Shown here in pieces: positions 17,306 to 28,237 of a DNA stretch of 44,202 bases. A model generated the notes under the pieces. That model ran no database searches. It was not told where the DNA came from and saw nothing but the letters and a program-made list of their open reading frames with translations. The DNA comes from an uncultured Acidimicrobiaceae bacterium (GTDB lineage: Bacteria; Actinomycetota; Acidimicrobiia; Spongiisociales; ZC4RG35): positions 1 through 44,202 of the forward strand of contig CAYNSP010000003.1 of assembly GCA_964400035.1 (NCBI GenBank), read 5' to 3'. Within the stretch, counting starts at the first letter, position 1; each line of letters opens with the position of its first letter. The position numbers and the translations under genes are program-made.

Positions 17306-18490
17306 ATGAGTGAGATCTCCTTCGAGAAACCCGACCCCCACGACTTCCTCGACCTCGACGCCCTGTTGAGCGAAGAGGAGATTCTCCTCCGGGACACGGT
17401 CCGCAGCTTCGTGGAGAAGGAGATCACCCCCAACGTCGGGGACTGGTGGGAGGAGGGTTCGATCCCGGTGCGGGATCTGGCCAAGGCTTTCGGCGACCTG
17501 GGGATGATGGGGATGCATCTCGAGGGATACGGCTGCGCCGGCACCTCCGCTACTGCGTACGGGTTGGCATGCATGGAGCTCGAGGCCGGCGATTCGGGTA
17601 TCAGGTCGTTCGTGTCAGTCCAGGGCTCGCTTGCCATGTTCCCGATCTGGAAGTTCGGTTCTGAGGAGCAGAAGCAGACCTGGCTTCCCAGGATGGCGAC
17701 CGGCGAGGTCCTCGGGTGTTTCGGGTTGACCGAGGCTGACTCGGGTTCGGACCCGGCCTCGATGAGGACAGCCGCGCGTCGGGACGGGTCCGATTGGGTG
17801 ATCAATGGCTCAAAGATGTGGATCACCAATGGTTCGGTCGCCGACATCGCGGTGGTCTGGGCCCGCACCGACGAAGGAATCCGTGGGTTCCTGGTACCGA
17901 CGGACAGCCCGGGATTCTCCGCCCCTGAGATCAAGAAGAAGGCCTCATTGAGGGCTTCTGTCACGTCAGAACTGATCCTCGACAACGTTCGGGTGCCGGA
18001 GGACTTCGTCCTGCCCGGAGTCTCCTCGATGCGAGGTCCCCTCTCCTGTCTCAACGAGGCCCGCTTCGGCATCGCCTTCGGGGCCATCGGAGCCGCCAGG
18101 TCCTGTTACGAGACCGCCCTCTCGTATGCGAAGGAACGGATTCAATTCGGCCAGCCGATCGGCTCCTTCCAACTGACCCAGGCGAAACTGGTGGAGATGA
18201 TGCTGGCTGTCCAGAAGGGAACGCTGGTGGCCTTGCATCTGGGCCGACGGAAGGACGCCGGTCGGATCACCCCCGAGCAGGTCTCTTTCGGGAAGATGGA
18301 CAATGTCCGCCAGGCCCTTGAAGTAGCGAGAACAGCCAGGTCAATCCTCGGCGCCAACGGGATCACACTCGAGTATCCGGTTTTCCGCCACATGGCCAAT
18401 CTGGAGACGGTCTACACCTACGAAGGAACCAACGAGATCCACACGCTGGTGATGGGTCAGACCCTCACCGGTCTCAACGCTTTCAGCTGA
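17306..18490 (+). CDS. gcdH: glutaryl-CoA dehydrogenase-like acyl-CoA dehydrogenase
   Basis: GCFGLTEADSGSDPASMRT and the C-terminal TYEGTNEIHTLVMGQTLTGLNAFS closely mirror the GCDH signatures GCFGLTEPNSGSDP and YEGTHDIHALILGRAITG. Confidence 0.8.
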   Translation: MSEISFEKPDPHDFLDLDALLSEEEILLRDTVRSFVEKEITPNVGDWWEEGSIPVRDLAKAFGDLGMMGMHLEGYGCAGTSATAYGLACMELEAGDSGIRSFVSVQGSLAMFPIWKFGSEEQKQTWLPRMATGEVLGCFGLTEADSGSDPASMRTAARRDGSDWVINGSKMWITNGSVADIAVVWARTDEGIRGFLVPTDSPGFSAPEIKKKASLRASVTSELILDNVRVPEDFVLPGVSSMRGPLSCLNEARFGIAFGAIGAARSCYETALSYAKERIQFGQPIGSFQLTQAKLVEMMLAVQKGTLVALHLGRRKDAGRITPEQVSFGKMDNVRQALEVARTARSILGANGITLEYPVFRHMANLETVYTYEGTNEIHTLVMGQTLTGLNAFS

Positions 18491-18586
18491 CCAGCCCTCA
18501 ACCGCGGGTCGGCGGGCACGGGGTAGGGGGCAATCGCACCTCCCACCATGCATGGGGTAGGGGCAGTAGTTCCCCCCAGGACCAGA

Positions 18587-19789
18587 TCACAGATACTTCG
18601 ACAGGTTCCCGTTCGGGCTGATGACGATGTCGGAGAGGTCAAGCCATCGAGCGACCAGTTCAAGTTCGTCCCGCATCGCCCTACCCACCGCGACCGGATC
18701 GACGTCCGGCTCAGCGAAGGCACCGCGGACCAGCAAAGCCTGATTCTGCCGGTCGGTCTTGAGGTCGACCCGACCGACCAGTTCCCCATCGAGGAGGAAC
18801 GGGAGCACGTAATAGCCGTACACCCGCTTCGGTTGGGGCACATAGATCTCCACTCTGTAGTGGTAGCCCCATAGCCGCTCCACTCGTTCCCGGTAGAAGA
18901 TCAGATTGTCGAACGGGGAGAGGAGGGCAGTGCCTGTCTTCCTTCTTGGCATCGTCGTCTCCGGATGGAGATAGCCTGGTTTGCTCCAGCCCTCCACTTC
19001 GACCTGGACCAGATCACCACGGTCGGTCAGTCTCTGGATAAGCGGGCGGGCGACCGGCATCCTGATTCGGTAATAGTCAGCCAGATCATCCGCAGTACCG
19101 ATACCGAGATGGCGGGCCGCCCTGACCAGCAGCTCCATCTGCGCCTCTTCCGCGGGCGGTGCCGGGACCTCCAGATGCTCGGCCGGGAGGACACGCTCGG
19201 TGAGGTCATAGAGCCTGGTGAAATTCGGACGGCCGGCGGTGGTGACAATCCCTTTGACGAAGAGGTACTCCAACGCCATCTTCCCGTCGTTCCAGTTCCA
19301 CATGGAATCGTGGCCCTTCCTCCCCGGATCCTCGAGATCGCTGGTTTGGATAGGTCCCATATTGCGAACCTCCTCGAGGACCGCCTCGAGATACTCGGGC
19401 TTCTTGTCGAGGACCTGCTGGAATCCATTCCAGATCCCCGAGTTCTCCATCCTCCATCGGAACAGTCTGTGCTGGTCCACCGGCGCGATCGACGCCATGT
19501 GGAACCAGTACTCGAAGACTTCCCCCGACGACCAGATCCAGTCGTCGAGTTGTTTGCGGTCGTAGAGACCGAGGCGACTGAAGAAGGGCAGGTAATGGGT
19601 CCGGGTGAAGACATTGACCGAGTCGAGCTGAACCACCCCGATCTTGTTGAGGATCTTCCGGAAGTGGCGCGAACCCACCTTGCCGGTGGGTCGGGCGTCT
19701 CCAAAGCCCTGTGCGGCAAGGGCGTAGCGTTTCGCCTGCTCAAGGGTGACCCGTTTCACCTCGGGCAAAATAGCGGCAATCCCGGCCAC
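18587..19789 (-). CDS. winged-helix DNA glycosylase of the YcaQ/AlkZ (DUF1006, HTH_42) family
   Basis: 400 aa with a GTG start. The catalytic-motif region GVVQLDSVNV (Q-phi-D, the YcaQ-like subtype) and the C-terminal YGYYVLPFLLDGELVGRVDLK are typical of the family. Confidence 0.8.
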   Translation of the reverse strand: MAGIAAILPEVKRVTLEQAKRYALAAQGFGDARPTGKVGSRHFRKILNKIGVVQLDSVNVFTRTHYLPFFSRLGLYDRKQLDDWIWSSGEVFEYWFHMASIAPVDQHRLFRWRMENSGIWNGFQQVLDKKPEYLEAVLEEVRNMGPIQTSDLEDPGRKGHDSMWNWNDGKMALEYLFVKGIVTTAGRPNFTRLYDLTERVLPAEHLEVPAPPAEEAQMELLVRAARHLGIGTADDLADYYRIRMPVARPLIQRLTDRGDLVQVEVEGWSKPGYLHPETTMPRRKTGTALLSPFDNLIFYRERVERLWGYHYRVEIYVPQPKRVYGYYVLPFLLDGELVGRVDLKTDRQNQALLVRGAFAEPDVDPVAVGRAMRDELELVARWLDLSDIVISPNGNLSKYL

Positions 19790-19838
19790 CGACTGTCCTG
19801 ATCTCCGGGCCGCTCGCCAAAGATGGCATCATCCCGCT

Positions 19839-21137
19839 GTGATCGAGCGGTACACACTCCCCGAGATGGCTGCCGTCTGGTCGGAGGACCGGCGGCTGGA
19901 GATCCTGAAACGGGTCGAGGTGCTCGCTCTCGAGGCCTGGGAGTCGTTGGGGAAAGTGCCAGCGGGTACCGCGGCCGCGGTGAACGCCTCACCAACACCT
20001 ACCCCCGCCCTGGTTGCCGAGCGGGAACAGGTGACCAACCATGACCTCGCCGCATTTGTCGACGTCCTCGCCACCGGCGCCGGAGGGGATGCGGCGGCCT
20101 GGATTCATTACGGACTCACCTCATCGGATGTCCTCGACACCGCCACCGGGGTCCAGCTCTCCGAAGCTGCCGACCTGCTGATTTCCGCCGTTACCGACCT
20201 GATCAGGGTGGTCGAGGCCCGTGCCGTGGAGCACCGCGACACGCTGATGGTCGGCCGCACCCATGGAATCTGGGCCGAACCGACCACCTTCGGGCTGAAA
20301 CTGGCGGGATGGGTCTTCGAACTGGGCCGTGATCTGGTTCGACTGAACCAGGTGAGAGAAATGGTGTCGGTGGGGAAGATCTCGGGCGCGGTCGGTACGT
20401 ACGCCCACACACCGCCCGGAGTCGAGGCGCATGTGTGCGGTTCGCTGGGTCTGGGTGTGGAGCCCGCATCGACCCAGGTCACCGCCCGGGACCGCCATGC
20501 CCAGTATCTGACCACCCTGGCGATAGTCGGGGCCACCATCGAACGGATCGCCACCGAGATCCGCCACCTCCAGCGGTCGGAAGTGGGAGAGGTGAGGGAA
20601 GCCTTCGGGAAAGGTCAGAAGGGGTCGTCGGCGATGCCCCACAAGCGCAATCCGATCCTCTCCGAACGGCTAACCGGAATGGCCCGCCTTCTCCGAGGCT
20701 ATTCGCAGGTCGGCCTGGAGAACGTAGCCCTCTGGCACGAACGGGACATCTCCCATTCGTCGACGGAGCGGGTAGTCCTCCCCGACGCTTCGATATGTCT
20801 GCACTACATGCTGGTCAAGTTGACCGGCCTGATCCGTGACCTGCATGTCGACACCGAGAGGATGCAGCGGAACCTGGAGTCCACCAACGGCCTGATCTAC
20901 AGCCAGGCGGTGCTTCTCGGACTGGTTGAAACCGGTATGACCCGCGATGACGCCTACCGGGTCGTCCAGTCTCACGCCATGGAGGCCTGGCAGGGAAAGG
21001 GCAACCTCCGTGATCTCCTCATCGCCGACAGCGACCTCTCCGTCGACCCGGACACCATCGAAGGATGGTTTGGCAACGACAGGTTGCAAAGGGGCGTGGA
21101 CGTCGTGTTCGAGCGTCTGGCTACCCGGGGAGTCTGA
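19839..21137 (+). CDS. purB: adenylosuccinate lyase
   Basis: Start reset to GTG 19839 (VIERYTLPEM, the family N-terminus). Signature GSSAMPHKRNP present. Confidence 0.93.
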   Translation: MIERYTLPEMAAVWSEDRRLEILKRVEVLALEAWESLGKVPAGTAAAVNASPTPTPALVAEREQVTNHDLAAFVDVLATGAGGDAAAWIHYGLTSSDVLDTATGVQLSEAADLLISAVTDLIRVVEARAVEHRDTLMVGRTHGIWAEPTTFGLKLAGWVFELGRDLVRLNQVREMVSVGKISGAVGTYAHTPPGVEAHVCGSLGLGVEPASTQVTARDRHAQYLTTLAIVGATIERIATEIRHLQRSEVGEVREAFGKGQKGSSAMPHKRNPILSERLTGMARLLRGYSQVGLENVALWHERDISHSSTERVVLPDASICLHYMLVKLTGLIRDLHVDTERMQRNLESTNGLIYSQAVLLGLVETGMTRDDAYRVVQSHAMEAWQGKGNLRDLLIADSDLSVDPDTIEGWFGNDRLQRGVDVVFERLATRGV

Positions 21138-22209
21138 ACACACCGGACAGTTGGTCGGTGAACTTGACCGCAGGCACCAGTACCCGCGCACCGGTCGAGG
21201 TCGTGAAGTCCCTGACCTCGATCTCGAACCGGGTCACGTCGGCGGGAGTGATCCCCCGGTGACGCCATCCGACCCCAAGTGCTTCACCAAAGGTCCATTT
21301 CGAGTTGAGACGAATCGACGAAGAGACCGCTCCCAGGGCCTGAGTAAGGGCCGCCGGTGAGTTGAAACCGCTCGCCTTGCCTGCCAACTGGAAGAGGATG
21401 TCCTGCTGGCGGCGCTGCCGGGCGAAGTCGGAGCTTGCCGTGGTCTTCCATTCCCCATCGACCAACTGCTCGGTATGACGGGACCGCACCCATGCCAGGG
21501 CGGTGGCGCCGTCGACCGTGCGGCACCCCGGCTCAGGCAAATCAAGCCCCGAGTTCGCATCTCTTGTCGGATAGTCGACACAGACCGTGACCCCACCAAG
21601 GGCGTCCACCAGGGCGGCGAACCCATCGAAGTTGACCCGGGCAAGATGGTCGACCCGAATCCCGGTGTAGTCCTCAACCATGATCGCCATCAACTCGGAA
21701 CTGCTGGCAACACCCCGACAGCCAGCGAGACCCTCGTTGAGACGGGTGAAGCGGTCGCGGCAGATGTTCCACACCCACAGGTCCCGGGGAAGACTGACCA
21801 TGATCGGTCGTGTCCCGTTGGTCGGTTCAAGGACCAGGATGATGGTGTCGGCGAGAGAGCCTGAGGCGTCGGCGCCGATCAGGAGATAGGCGTCGAAGAC
21901 GCCGTCCGGCACCGGTGTGCCAAAAGCGTTGGGGAACCGGAGTCGGGGATCGACATCACCGCCGCCCTGGCCCGCGGTCGGGTCGAGAGTGTCGCCGAAC
22001 TGGTCGTAGAGCAGATACTCCCCATTTGGTTCCGGCGAAGACTCCTCGTCGAGGATCGCCGACCTCGCCATCCCGGGGTCGAACTCCTCGGAGGCCACCG
22101 TCTGGAAGGTGTTTGCCACTTGATAGGCGTAGAACGCGCCGAAACCGAGGACGACACCCACGATGACCATGGCCAACGCCCTGATTGGATGGAAAACGAT
22201 GTAGGTCAT
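21121..22209 (-). CDS. LCP (LytR-CpsA-Psr) family cell-envelope phosphotransferase
   Basis: N-terminal TM helix, then LLIGADASG..ADTIILV...MVSLPRDLWV...NFDGFAALVDALGGV...DFARQRRQQ, typical of LCP. ATG 22209 is preferred and the TTG at 22218 is possible. Its 3' end overlaps the purB 3' end by 17 nt (convergent). Confidence 0.85.
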   Translation of the reverse strand: MTYIVFHPIRALAMVIVGVVLGFGAFYAYQVANTFQTVASEEFDPGMARSAILDEESSPEPNGEYLLYDQFGDTLDPTAGQGGGDVDPRLRFPNAFGTPVPDGVFDAYLLIGADASGSLADTIILVLEPTNGTRPIMVSLPRDLWVWNICRDRFTRLNEGLAGCRGVASSSELMAIMVEDYTGIRVDHLARVNFDGFAALVDALGGVTVCVDYPTRDANSGLDLPEPGCRTVDGATALAWVRSRHTEQLVDGEWKTTASSDFARQRRQQDILFQLAGKASGFNSPAALTQALGAVSSSIRLNSKWTFGEALGVGWRHRGITPADVTRFEIEVRDFTTSTGARVLVPAVKFTDQLSGVFRLPG

Positions 22210-22286
22210 GACACCCAACCCGCCGATAGTAAACCGGGAACCTTTCAGCCCTTGATACCCGACATTCCGTCGTGTTACACAAGGAT

Positions 22287-22301
22287 GGAGGTCGGACCTC
22301 C
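22287..22301 (-). terminator. short GC hairpin just downstream of the CBS-BON stop
   Basis: GGAGGT-cgg-ACCTCC lies 6 nt after the TAG (22308-22310 on the minus strand). There is no clear U-tract. Confidence 0.3.
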
Positions 22302-22307
22302 ACAGTT

Positions 22308-23000
22308 CTACCAGTTGGGTCGGGGCATTCCCGGGGGGCGACCGGTCATGTCACTACGGGTGTTGTCGACCTCCCAGCTGAGATTGCTGGCAACTGAGAC
22401 GACACCGTCAAGACGTTTGGTCAACTCAACGAGGAGTTCAACATCCGATTTCGTCTCGAGTCGTCCCGCCAGGGTGACATTCCCTTCCTGGGAGGTGACC
22501 TGGACTTTCGCCGGATCGATCCAGAGGATATTGGTGATCACCTCGTCAATGATCTCTTCGATGATCTCCTCGTCGGGTCGGGCGAACGCCCGCATCAGGT
22601 CGGTGCGGGAGATCAACCCGACCAGGTGGTCCCCTTCCACGATCGGGAGACGCTTGATCCGCGCCTTCTGCATCAAACGAGCGGCTTCTGAATGATCGGC
22701 GTCCGGGCCGAGGGTGATCACTTTGGTGGTCATGGCATCGCCCACAGTGCGCTCCTGAGACGGGATCGATTCGCGGCGATCGAGGAATCGGAGCATCCCC
22801 GCCCTTCGCCAGCTCTGGCGCCGCTCCGCTTCGGCGTTCACAAAGTCGGATTCGGTGATGATTCCGACTACGAAGCCATCGTCGTCCAGCACCGGCATGC
22901 CGCTGATCCCGGCCTCAACCATCCTCCGTGCCGTGTCCTTCAACGACGCGTCAGCACGGGTCGTCAACACTTCCTTTGTCATCAGGTCCCGGATCTTCAT
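22308..23000 (-). CDS. CBS-pair plus BON domain protein
   Basis: Start reset to ATG 23000 (MKIRDLMTKEV), preceded by AGGAGG-tctc. It has two CBS motifs (GISGMPVLDDDG..GIITESD and RIKRLPIVEGDHLVGLISRTD) and a C-terminal BON-like segment (VQVTSQEGNVTLAGRLET). Confidence 0.85.
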   Translation of the reverse strand: MKIRDLMTKEVLTTRADASLKDTARRMVEAGISGMPVLDDDGFVVGIITESDFVNAEAERRQSWRRAGMLRFLDRRESIPSQERTVGDAMTTKVITLGPDADHSEAARLMQKARIKRLPIVEGDHLVGLISRTDLMRAFARPDEEIIEEIIDEVITNILWIDPAKVQVTSQEGNVTLAGRLETKSDVELLVELTKRLDGVVSVASNLSWEVDNTRSDMTGRPPGMPRPNW

Positions 23001-23050
23001 GAGACCTCCTTTCAAATGCTTACCCAATACTGCCGTGTTTGCACTCATCA

Positions 23051-23974
23051 ATGGAGGGGAAAAGGTCCCAACCCGAGGTGACTACCCTCAGCGGGCAAGT
23101 GCTGGCGCTACCGCACATCGGATCGGGCAAGGTCAGGGAGATCTATGAGATCGACGCTGACCATCTGCTCTTTGTAGCCACCGACCGGATCTCCGCCTAC
23201 GACGTCATTCTCAACCAGCCGATCCCCGACAAAGGTCGGGTGCTGACCGGAGTGAGTCTCCACTTCTTCGAACTCCTCGACACCCCCAATCACCTGGTGA
23301 GCACCGACATCGATGCTATCGATGGACTCTCACCCGATGACGCCGACTACCTGCACGGTCGGGCGATGGTGGTGCGGCGCGCCCGGGTGATCCCGGTCGA
23401 ATGTGTGGTTCGGGGCTACCTGTATGGATCTTCCTGGCGGGAGTACCGCGACGGGGGAGGTCCGACCACAGAGCATCTGCCAGCTGGCCTCCAACTCGCT
23501 GACCGATTGCCCGAACCGATTTTCACCCCGGCCACCAAGGCAACCACCGGTCACGACGAGAACATCACCGAGGCCCAGGCCAGGGATGTCCTGGGCAACG
23601 ACCTGTATGAGGAGTTGAAGCGACGGTCCATCGACATCTATCTGCGAGCATCTGAGTACGCCGCTGAGCGCGGGGTGATCCTGGCCGACACCAAGTTCGA
23701 ATTCGGGTTCGCCGACGACGAGCTGCTCCTCATCGACGAAGTCCTCACCCCTGATTCGTCGAGGTACTGGCCCGCAGATCGGTGGGTTCCCGGCCAGGAC
23801 GTCCCCTCTTTCGACAAGCAGTACGTCAGGGAATGGCTGGACGCCCAGCCCTGGGATAGGACGCCGCCACCACCCGACCTTCCCGAACCCGTGGTTGAGG
23901 GGACCCGCTCCCGGTACATCGAGGCATTCGAGCTGATTACCGGGAGGTCTTTCGAGGAGTACCTCCGGAGATGA
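23051..23974 (+). CDS. purC: phosphoribosylaminoimidazole-succinocarboxamide synthase
   Basis: GSGKVREIY and ATDRISAYDVIL motifs. The start is uncertain (TTG 23039, ATG 23051 or GTG 23078). Confidence 0.9.
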   Translation: MEGKRSQPEVTTLSGQVLALPHIGSGKVREIYEIDADHLLFVATDRISAYDVILNQPIPDKGRVLTGVSLHFFELLDTPNHLVSTDIDAIDGLSPDDADYLHGRAMVVRRARVIPVECVVRGYLYGSSWREYRDGGGPTTEHLPAGLQLADRLPEPIFTPATKATTGHDENITEAQARDVLGNDLYEELKRRSIDIYLRASEYAAERGVILADTKFEFGFADDELLLIDEVLTPDSSRYWPADRWVPGQDVPSFDKQYVREWLDAQPWDRTPPPPDLPEPVVEGTRSRYIEAFELITGRSFEEYLRR

Positions 23975-24213
23975 AGGTCAGGGTCACCATCACCCGACGG
24001 CCCGAGATCGCCGACCCCCAAGGGACAACGGTGAAACGGGCCCTCCACGACCTCGGGTTCAACCGGACCGAAGACGTGCGGATCGATCGGGTAATCCGTC
24101 TCGACATCGACGGCGACGACCCGAACGAGGTCAGAGAGATGGCCGGAGAAATGTGCCGCCAGCTTCTCGCCAACCCGGTGCTCGAAGACTTCGAGATCGA
24201 GGTAGAGGCGTGA
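23971..24213 (+). CDS. purS: phosphoribosylformylglycinamidine synthase subunit PurS
   Basis: 80 aa. MKVRVTITRRPEIADPQGTTVKRAL is typical of PurS. ATGA overlap with the purC stop. Confidence 0.93.
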   Translation: MKVRVTITRRPEIADPQGTTVKRALHDLGFNRTEDVRIDRVIRLDIDGDDPNEVREMAGEMCRQLLANPVLEDFEIEVEA

Positions 24214-24854
24214 GAACCGCGGTCGTCGTGTTCCCCGGCAGCAACTGCGAACACGACGTGGTCGAAGTGCTCCGTGCTCTCGGGGGAGAAGCCGATTTGG
24301 TCTGGCATCGTGAAACCGATTTGTCCGATTTCGATGGTGTCGTCCTACCCGGCGGGTTCGCCCACGGTGACGCATTGAGGACCGGTGCAATCGCCCGCTT
24401 TTCGCCGGTGATGAGCGAGGTGATCCGCCTCGCCGGAGAAGGGCTCCCCGTGTTGGGGATCTGCAACGGGTTCCAGATCCTTTGCGAGGCCGGCCTTCTG
24501 CCGGGCGCCCTGATCGCCAACCGGGACCTGGCATTCATCTGCAGGTTCGTCGACCTGGAGGTAGTAGACACCGGGACCATCCTGACTGCGGCCGCCGAGC
24601 CCGGCCAGCTTCTCCGGGTCCCGCTCAACTCCTACGAGGGGAACTGGGTGGACCCGTCCAGAACCGGTCGGGTGGCCGTCCGATATGTGGACGACCCGAA
24701 TGGATCCCAGGACCGGGCTGCGGCCGTCGCCAACGAGGCAGGCAATGTGGTCGGGATCATGCCCCACCCGGAGAGGGCCAGCGCCACCATGCTCGGTTCT
24801 ACCGACGGTGTTGTTCTCCTCGAAGGCTTCCTCAAGTCACTCGCACCGGTATGA
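24210..24854 (+). CDS. purQ: phosphoribosylformylglycinamidine synthase glutaminase subunit PurQ
   Basis: Start reset to GTG 24210 ([16 protein letters not shown]), a GTGA overlap with the purS stop. Catalytic GICNGFQ and the HPE triad are present. Confidence 0.93.
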   Translation: MRTAVVVFPGSNCEHDVVEVLRALGGEADLVWHRETDLSDFDGVVLPGGFAHGDALRTGAIARFSPVMSEVIRLAGEGLPVLGICNGFQILCEAGLLPGALIANRDLAFICRFVDLEVVDTGTILTAAAEPGQLLRVPLNSYEGNWVDPSRTGRVAVRYVDDPNGSQDRAAAVANEAGNVVGIMPHPERASATMLGSTDGVVLLEGFLKSLAPV

Positions 24855-27001
24855 CGGCCCCAACCGAGGCACCTCACCGTCAACTCGGGATGACCGACGA
24901 CGAGTACCGGTCGGTGATCGACATCCTCGGTCGCGAGCCCCGTCTCGCCGAGCTGGCGATGTACTCGGTGATGTGGTCGGAGCATTGCTCCTACAAGTCG
25001 TCTCGCAAGCATCTCGGGAGGTTCCCCACCAAGGCACCCTGGGTGGTGGTTGGCCCGGGCGAGAACGCCGGGGTCGTCGACATCGGAGACGGGTGGCTGG
25101 CAGCAATTCGCATCGAAAGCCACAACCACCCCTCGTTCGTAGAGCCCTACCAGGGCGCCGCCACGGGGGTCGGTGGAATCCTCCGTGACGTCTTCACCAT
25201 GGGTGCCAGGCCGGTAGCACTCTGGGACCAGATCCGGTTTGGCCCTCTCGACAACCCGAAGAATCGCTACCTGTTCGGTGGAGTGGTCGCCGGGATCGCC
25301 GGTTATGGCAATGCGGTCGGCGTCCCCACCGTAGGTGGAGAAGTCGAGTTCGAGGACTGCTACACCGGCAACCCATTGGTCAATGTGATGTGTCTCGGTC
25401 TGCTGAAGCGGGAGAATCTGGTCCTGGGCACAGCCGGACAACCGGGAACTGTCGCGGTCCTCCTGGGCAATGCCACCGGCCGGGATGGAATAGGTGGTGC
25501 CTCCGTCCTGGCATCGGCATCCTTCGATGAGGAGGCGGGAACCAAACGCCCAAGTGTCCAGGTCGGCGACCCGTTCGAAGAGAAAAAGCTGATCGAGGCC
25601 TGTCTCGAGCTCTATGACAGGGGCCTGGTGGTCGGTGTCCAGGATCTGGGTGCCGCCGGTCTCTCGTGCGCCACATCCGAGCCGGCGGGACGTGCCGGAG
25701 TCGGGATGGACGTCGATCTCGATTCGGTGCATGTCCGGGAGATGGAGATGACCGCACCCGAACTCCTGATGTCCGAGTCGCAGGAGCGGATGATGGCTTT
25801 CGTTCACCCGGATCGGGTTGAGGACGTCCTGGCCGTGGCCGAAAAGTGGGAGATCGACGCATCGGTGGTCGGACAGGTCAAAGAGGGAGGCACGCTCACC
25901 ATCCGCCACCGCGGTTCCATCGTCGCCGAGATACCGGCAGCCTCACTCGCCGACGACGCACCCCTCTACGACCGCCCCGCCGCCCGACCCCGATGGCTCG
26001 ACGACCTTCAGGCGGCCACCTTCGATGCCACCGGGATCGACCCGGCTGAAGCCCTGATCCGTCTCCTTGGCGATCCAGGGATCGGGTCCTCGGCCTGGGT
26101 GCACGAGCAATACGACCACATGCTTTACCTGAGCACGGTGGTAGGCCCGGGTGCCGACGGCTCACTCCTCCGGGTACGGGGCACCGAGAAAGGTCTGACG
26201 GTCTCGACCGATGGCAATGGCAGGATCTGCTACCTCGATCCCCGGATCGGCGGTGCCCGCATCGTCTATGAGGCGGCCCTCAACGTGGCCGTCACCGGCG
26301 CCCGCCCCCTGGCAGTGGTCGACAATCTGAATTTCGGCAACCCCGAGAAGCCCGAAGTCATGTGGCAGTTCAAAGAGGCAGTCGAAGGCATCTCCGAAGC
26401 CTGCGAGGCGCTCGGAATCCCTGTGGTAGGTGGCAACGTCTCCTTCTACAACGAGACCGACGGTGTGGACATCTACCCGACACCTGTGGTCGGTCTTCTC
26501 GGACTGGCGGACCCGATGCCCGCTCAAGTGCCGCGGCTTGACCGGGCCGAGGCTGGAATGGAGATCTGGGTGATTGGACCCGATTCTGACGGGAACCTGT
26601 CCGGCTCATACCTCCAGAAGATCTACGGCCAGATCGGTGGTCGACCAACCCCACCGGACGCTGACGTGGCGGTGACCGTCGTCGCCGAGACCGCTGCGCT
26701 CGCCTATCAGGCTCCGGTCCTCCACGACATCTCTGCCGGCGGCCTTGCGATCGCCCTGGCTGAGATATGCATCGCGTCGGGGATTGGAGCTTCCGTTGAT
26801 GTGGAAGGCATCGCCGCGCTCTTCTCCGAAGGTCCCCATCGGGTCCTCGCCGTGGCCCCGCCCGGGACCCCAATGCCCGACCTCTCACGTCGAATCGGAA
26901 TCATGGGCGGGGATGACCTCGTCTTCGGCCCGGCGAGGGTGAAGCTTGCCGATGCATCGGCCGCCTGGAGGAGCGCAATCCCCCGGGCCATGTCGGCCTG
27001 A
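24851..27001 (+). CDS. purL: phosphoribosylformylglycinamidine synthase subunit PurL
   Basis: Start reset to ATG 24851 (ATGA overlap with the purQ stop). [11 protein letters not shown] and [18 protein letters not shown] motifs are present. Confidence 0.95.
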   Translation: MTAPTEAPHRQLGMTDDEYRSVIDILGREPRLAELAMYSVMWSEHCSYKSSRKHLGRFPTKAPWVVVGPGENAGVVDIGDGWLAAIRIESHNHPSFVEPYQGAATGVGGILRDVFTMGARPVALWDQIRFGPLDNPKNRYLFGGVVAGIAGYGNAVGVPTVGGEVEFEDCYTGNPLVNVMCLGLLKRENLVLGTAGQPGTVAVLLGNATGRDGIGGASVLASASFDEEAGTKRPSVQVGDPFEEKKLIEACLELYDRGLVVGVQDLGAAGLSCATSEPAGRAGVGMDVDLDSVHVREMEMTAPELLMSESQERMMAFVHPDRVEDVLAVAEKWEIDASVVGQVKEGGTLTIRHRGSIVAEIPAASLADDAPLYDRPAARPRWLDDLQAATFDATGIDPAEALIRLLGDPGIGSSAWVHEQYDHMLYLSTVVGPGADGSLLRVRGTEKGLTVSTDGNGRICYLDPRIGGARIVYEAALNVAVTGARPLAVVDNLNFGNPEKPEVMWQFKEAVEGISEACEALGIPVVGGNVSFYNETDGVDIYPTPVVGLLGLADPMPAQVPRLDRAEAGMEIWVIGPDSDGNLSGSYLQKIYGQIGGRPTPPDADVAVTVVAETAALAYQAPVLHDISAGGLAIALAEICIASGIGASVDVEGIAALFSEGPHRVLAVAPPGTPMPDLSRRIGIMGGDDLVFGPARVKLADASAAWRSAIPRAMSA

Positions 27002-27042
27002 GCCCCTTCCATCGGACCGGACCGGAGACCTCCGCCCACAAT

Positions 27043-27048
27043 TAGCAT
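27043..27048 (+). promoter_or_regulatory. -10-like hexamer TAGCAT, 6 nt upstream of the pfk GTG (candidate internal, leaderless promoter)
   Basis: TAGCAT-cgtgac-GTG(27055). No SD in the 53-nt purL-pfk spacer. Confidence 0.35.
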
Positions 27049-27054
27049 CGTGAC

Positions 27055-28176
27055 GTGGTCAAGACCATCGGAATCCTCACCGCCGGAGGCGACAGCCCCG
27101 GTCTGAACGCGGCGATCAGGGCAATCGGGAAGTCTGCGTATCGGACCTACGGGATGCAGGTCATCGGGTTCCAGGACGGGTTCCTCGGTTTGATGCAGAA
27201 CCGATTCGTCCGGCTCAGCGACCACGACCTCACCGGAATCCTGACCAGAGGTGGCACGATCCTCGGTACCAGCAGGGTCAAGATCCACGAGGTGGATGTC
27301 GGTGATGGGCGTGTCCTGGACATGACCCCGGCGATGAGGGACATCGTCCAGAAGCATCAATTGGAGGCCCTGGTATGCCTGGGAGGAGACGGCACCGCGA
27401 GGAACGCGATCCGTCTCGCCAACGCAGGCGTCCCCGTCCTACTGGTCCCCAAGACAATCGACAACGACGTCCGGGGGACGGACTCGACATTCGGTTTCGA
27501 CACTGCGATGTCGATAGCAACCGAAGCTATCGACCGGATTCACTCGACCGCCCACAGCCACCACCGGATAATGATCGTCGAACTGATGGGGCACACTGCC
27601 GGATGGCTGGCCCTCGGGTCCGGCATCGCAGGTGGGGCGGATGTGATCCTGATCCCGGAGATCCCCTACGACATCGACGCGGTCGCCTCCTCGATCTCCG
27701 CCCGACGGGCCATGGGGAGCACCTTCTCGATCATCGCGGTTGCTGAAGGAGCCATCTCACAGCAAGACGCCCGGGCCCGAGCCGAGTTGAAGGCGCGGAA
27801 GGACTCCGCCACCGGAGAAGAGCGTGAGGAACTGAAGCGTCAGATCAAGGAACTTGACGCCACCAGGGTCGGTGGGACCAACGCCCTGGCCACACGTCTC
27901 AGCGAAATGACCGGCCTCGAGTCGAGGGTCACCATCCTCGGTCATGTCCAACGTGGCGGGACCCCAACTGCGGCGGACCGGGTTCTGGCCACCCGCCTCG
28001 GGTCAGCTTGCGCCGACTTCATCGCGCAGGGAATCAACGGTGTCATGGTGGCTGCCAGGGGCGAAGAGGCAGTACCGGTGCCCCTGAATGAAGTCGCCGG
28101 CCCGGCCCGGGTAGTGCCACTTGACCATCCCTGGATCCACACCGCCAGAAACCTCGGCATCACCCTCGGCGACTAG
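27055..28176 (+). CDS. pfkA: 6-phosphofructokinase (phosphoryl-donor specificity ambiguous)
   Basis: [35 protein letters not shown] and MGHTAGW motifs of PFK family A. Confidence 0.9.
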   Translation: MVKTIGILTAGGDSPGLNAAIRAIGKSAYRTYGMQVIGFQDGFLGLMQNRFVRLSDHDLTGILTRGGTILGTSRVKIHEVDVGDGRVLDMTPAMRDIVQKHQLEALVCLGGDGTARNAIRLANAGVPVLLVPKTIDNDVRGTDSTFGFDTAMSIATEAIDRIHSTAHSHHRIMIVELMGHTAGWLALGSGIAGGADVILIPEIPYDIDAVASSISARRAMGSTFSIIAVAEGAISQQDARARAELKARKDSATGEEREELKRQIKELDATRVGGTNALATRLSEMTGLESRVTILGHVQRGGTPTAADRVLATRLGSACADFIAQGINGVMVAARGEEAVPVPLNEVAGPARVVPLDHPWIHTARNLGITLGD

Positions 28177-28237
28177 GGCATCGGTTCCCTGGCGGGAGAC
28201 AATCCGGCTCCCGTGGCCAGCCATTACGATACGGGAA

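Noticed and set aside
24632-25909. 425-aa ORF antisense to purL, and similar long antisense or alternative-frame ORFs (9261-10109, 23638-24534, 26707-27360, 38250-39203, 40035-41087, 41515-42771).
   Set aside because: The opposite or alternative frame carries unmistakable family motifs (purL, purA/purD, purC/purS, acs, lnt, amidohydrolase). These ORFs are Arg/Pro/Gly-rich and low in complexity, with no recognisable domains. They are the usual stop-poor shadow frames of GC-rich DNA.
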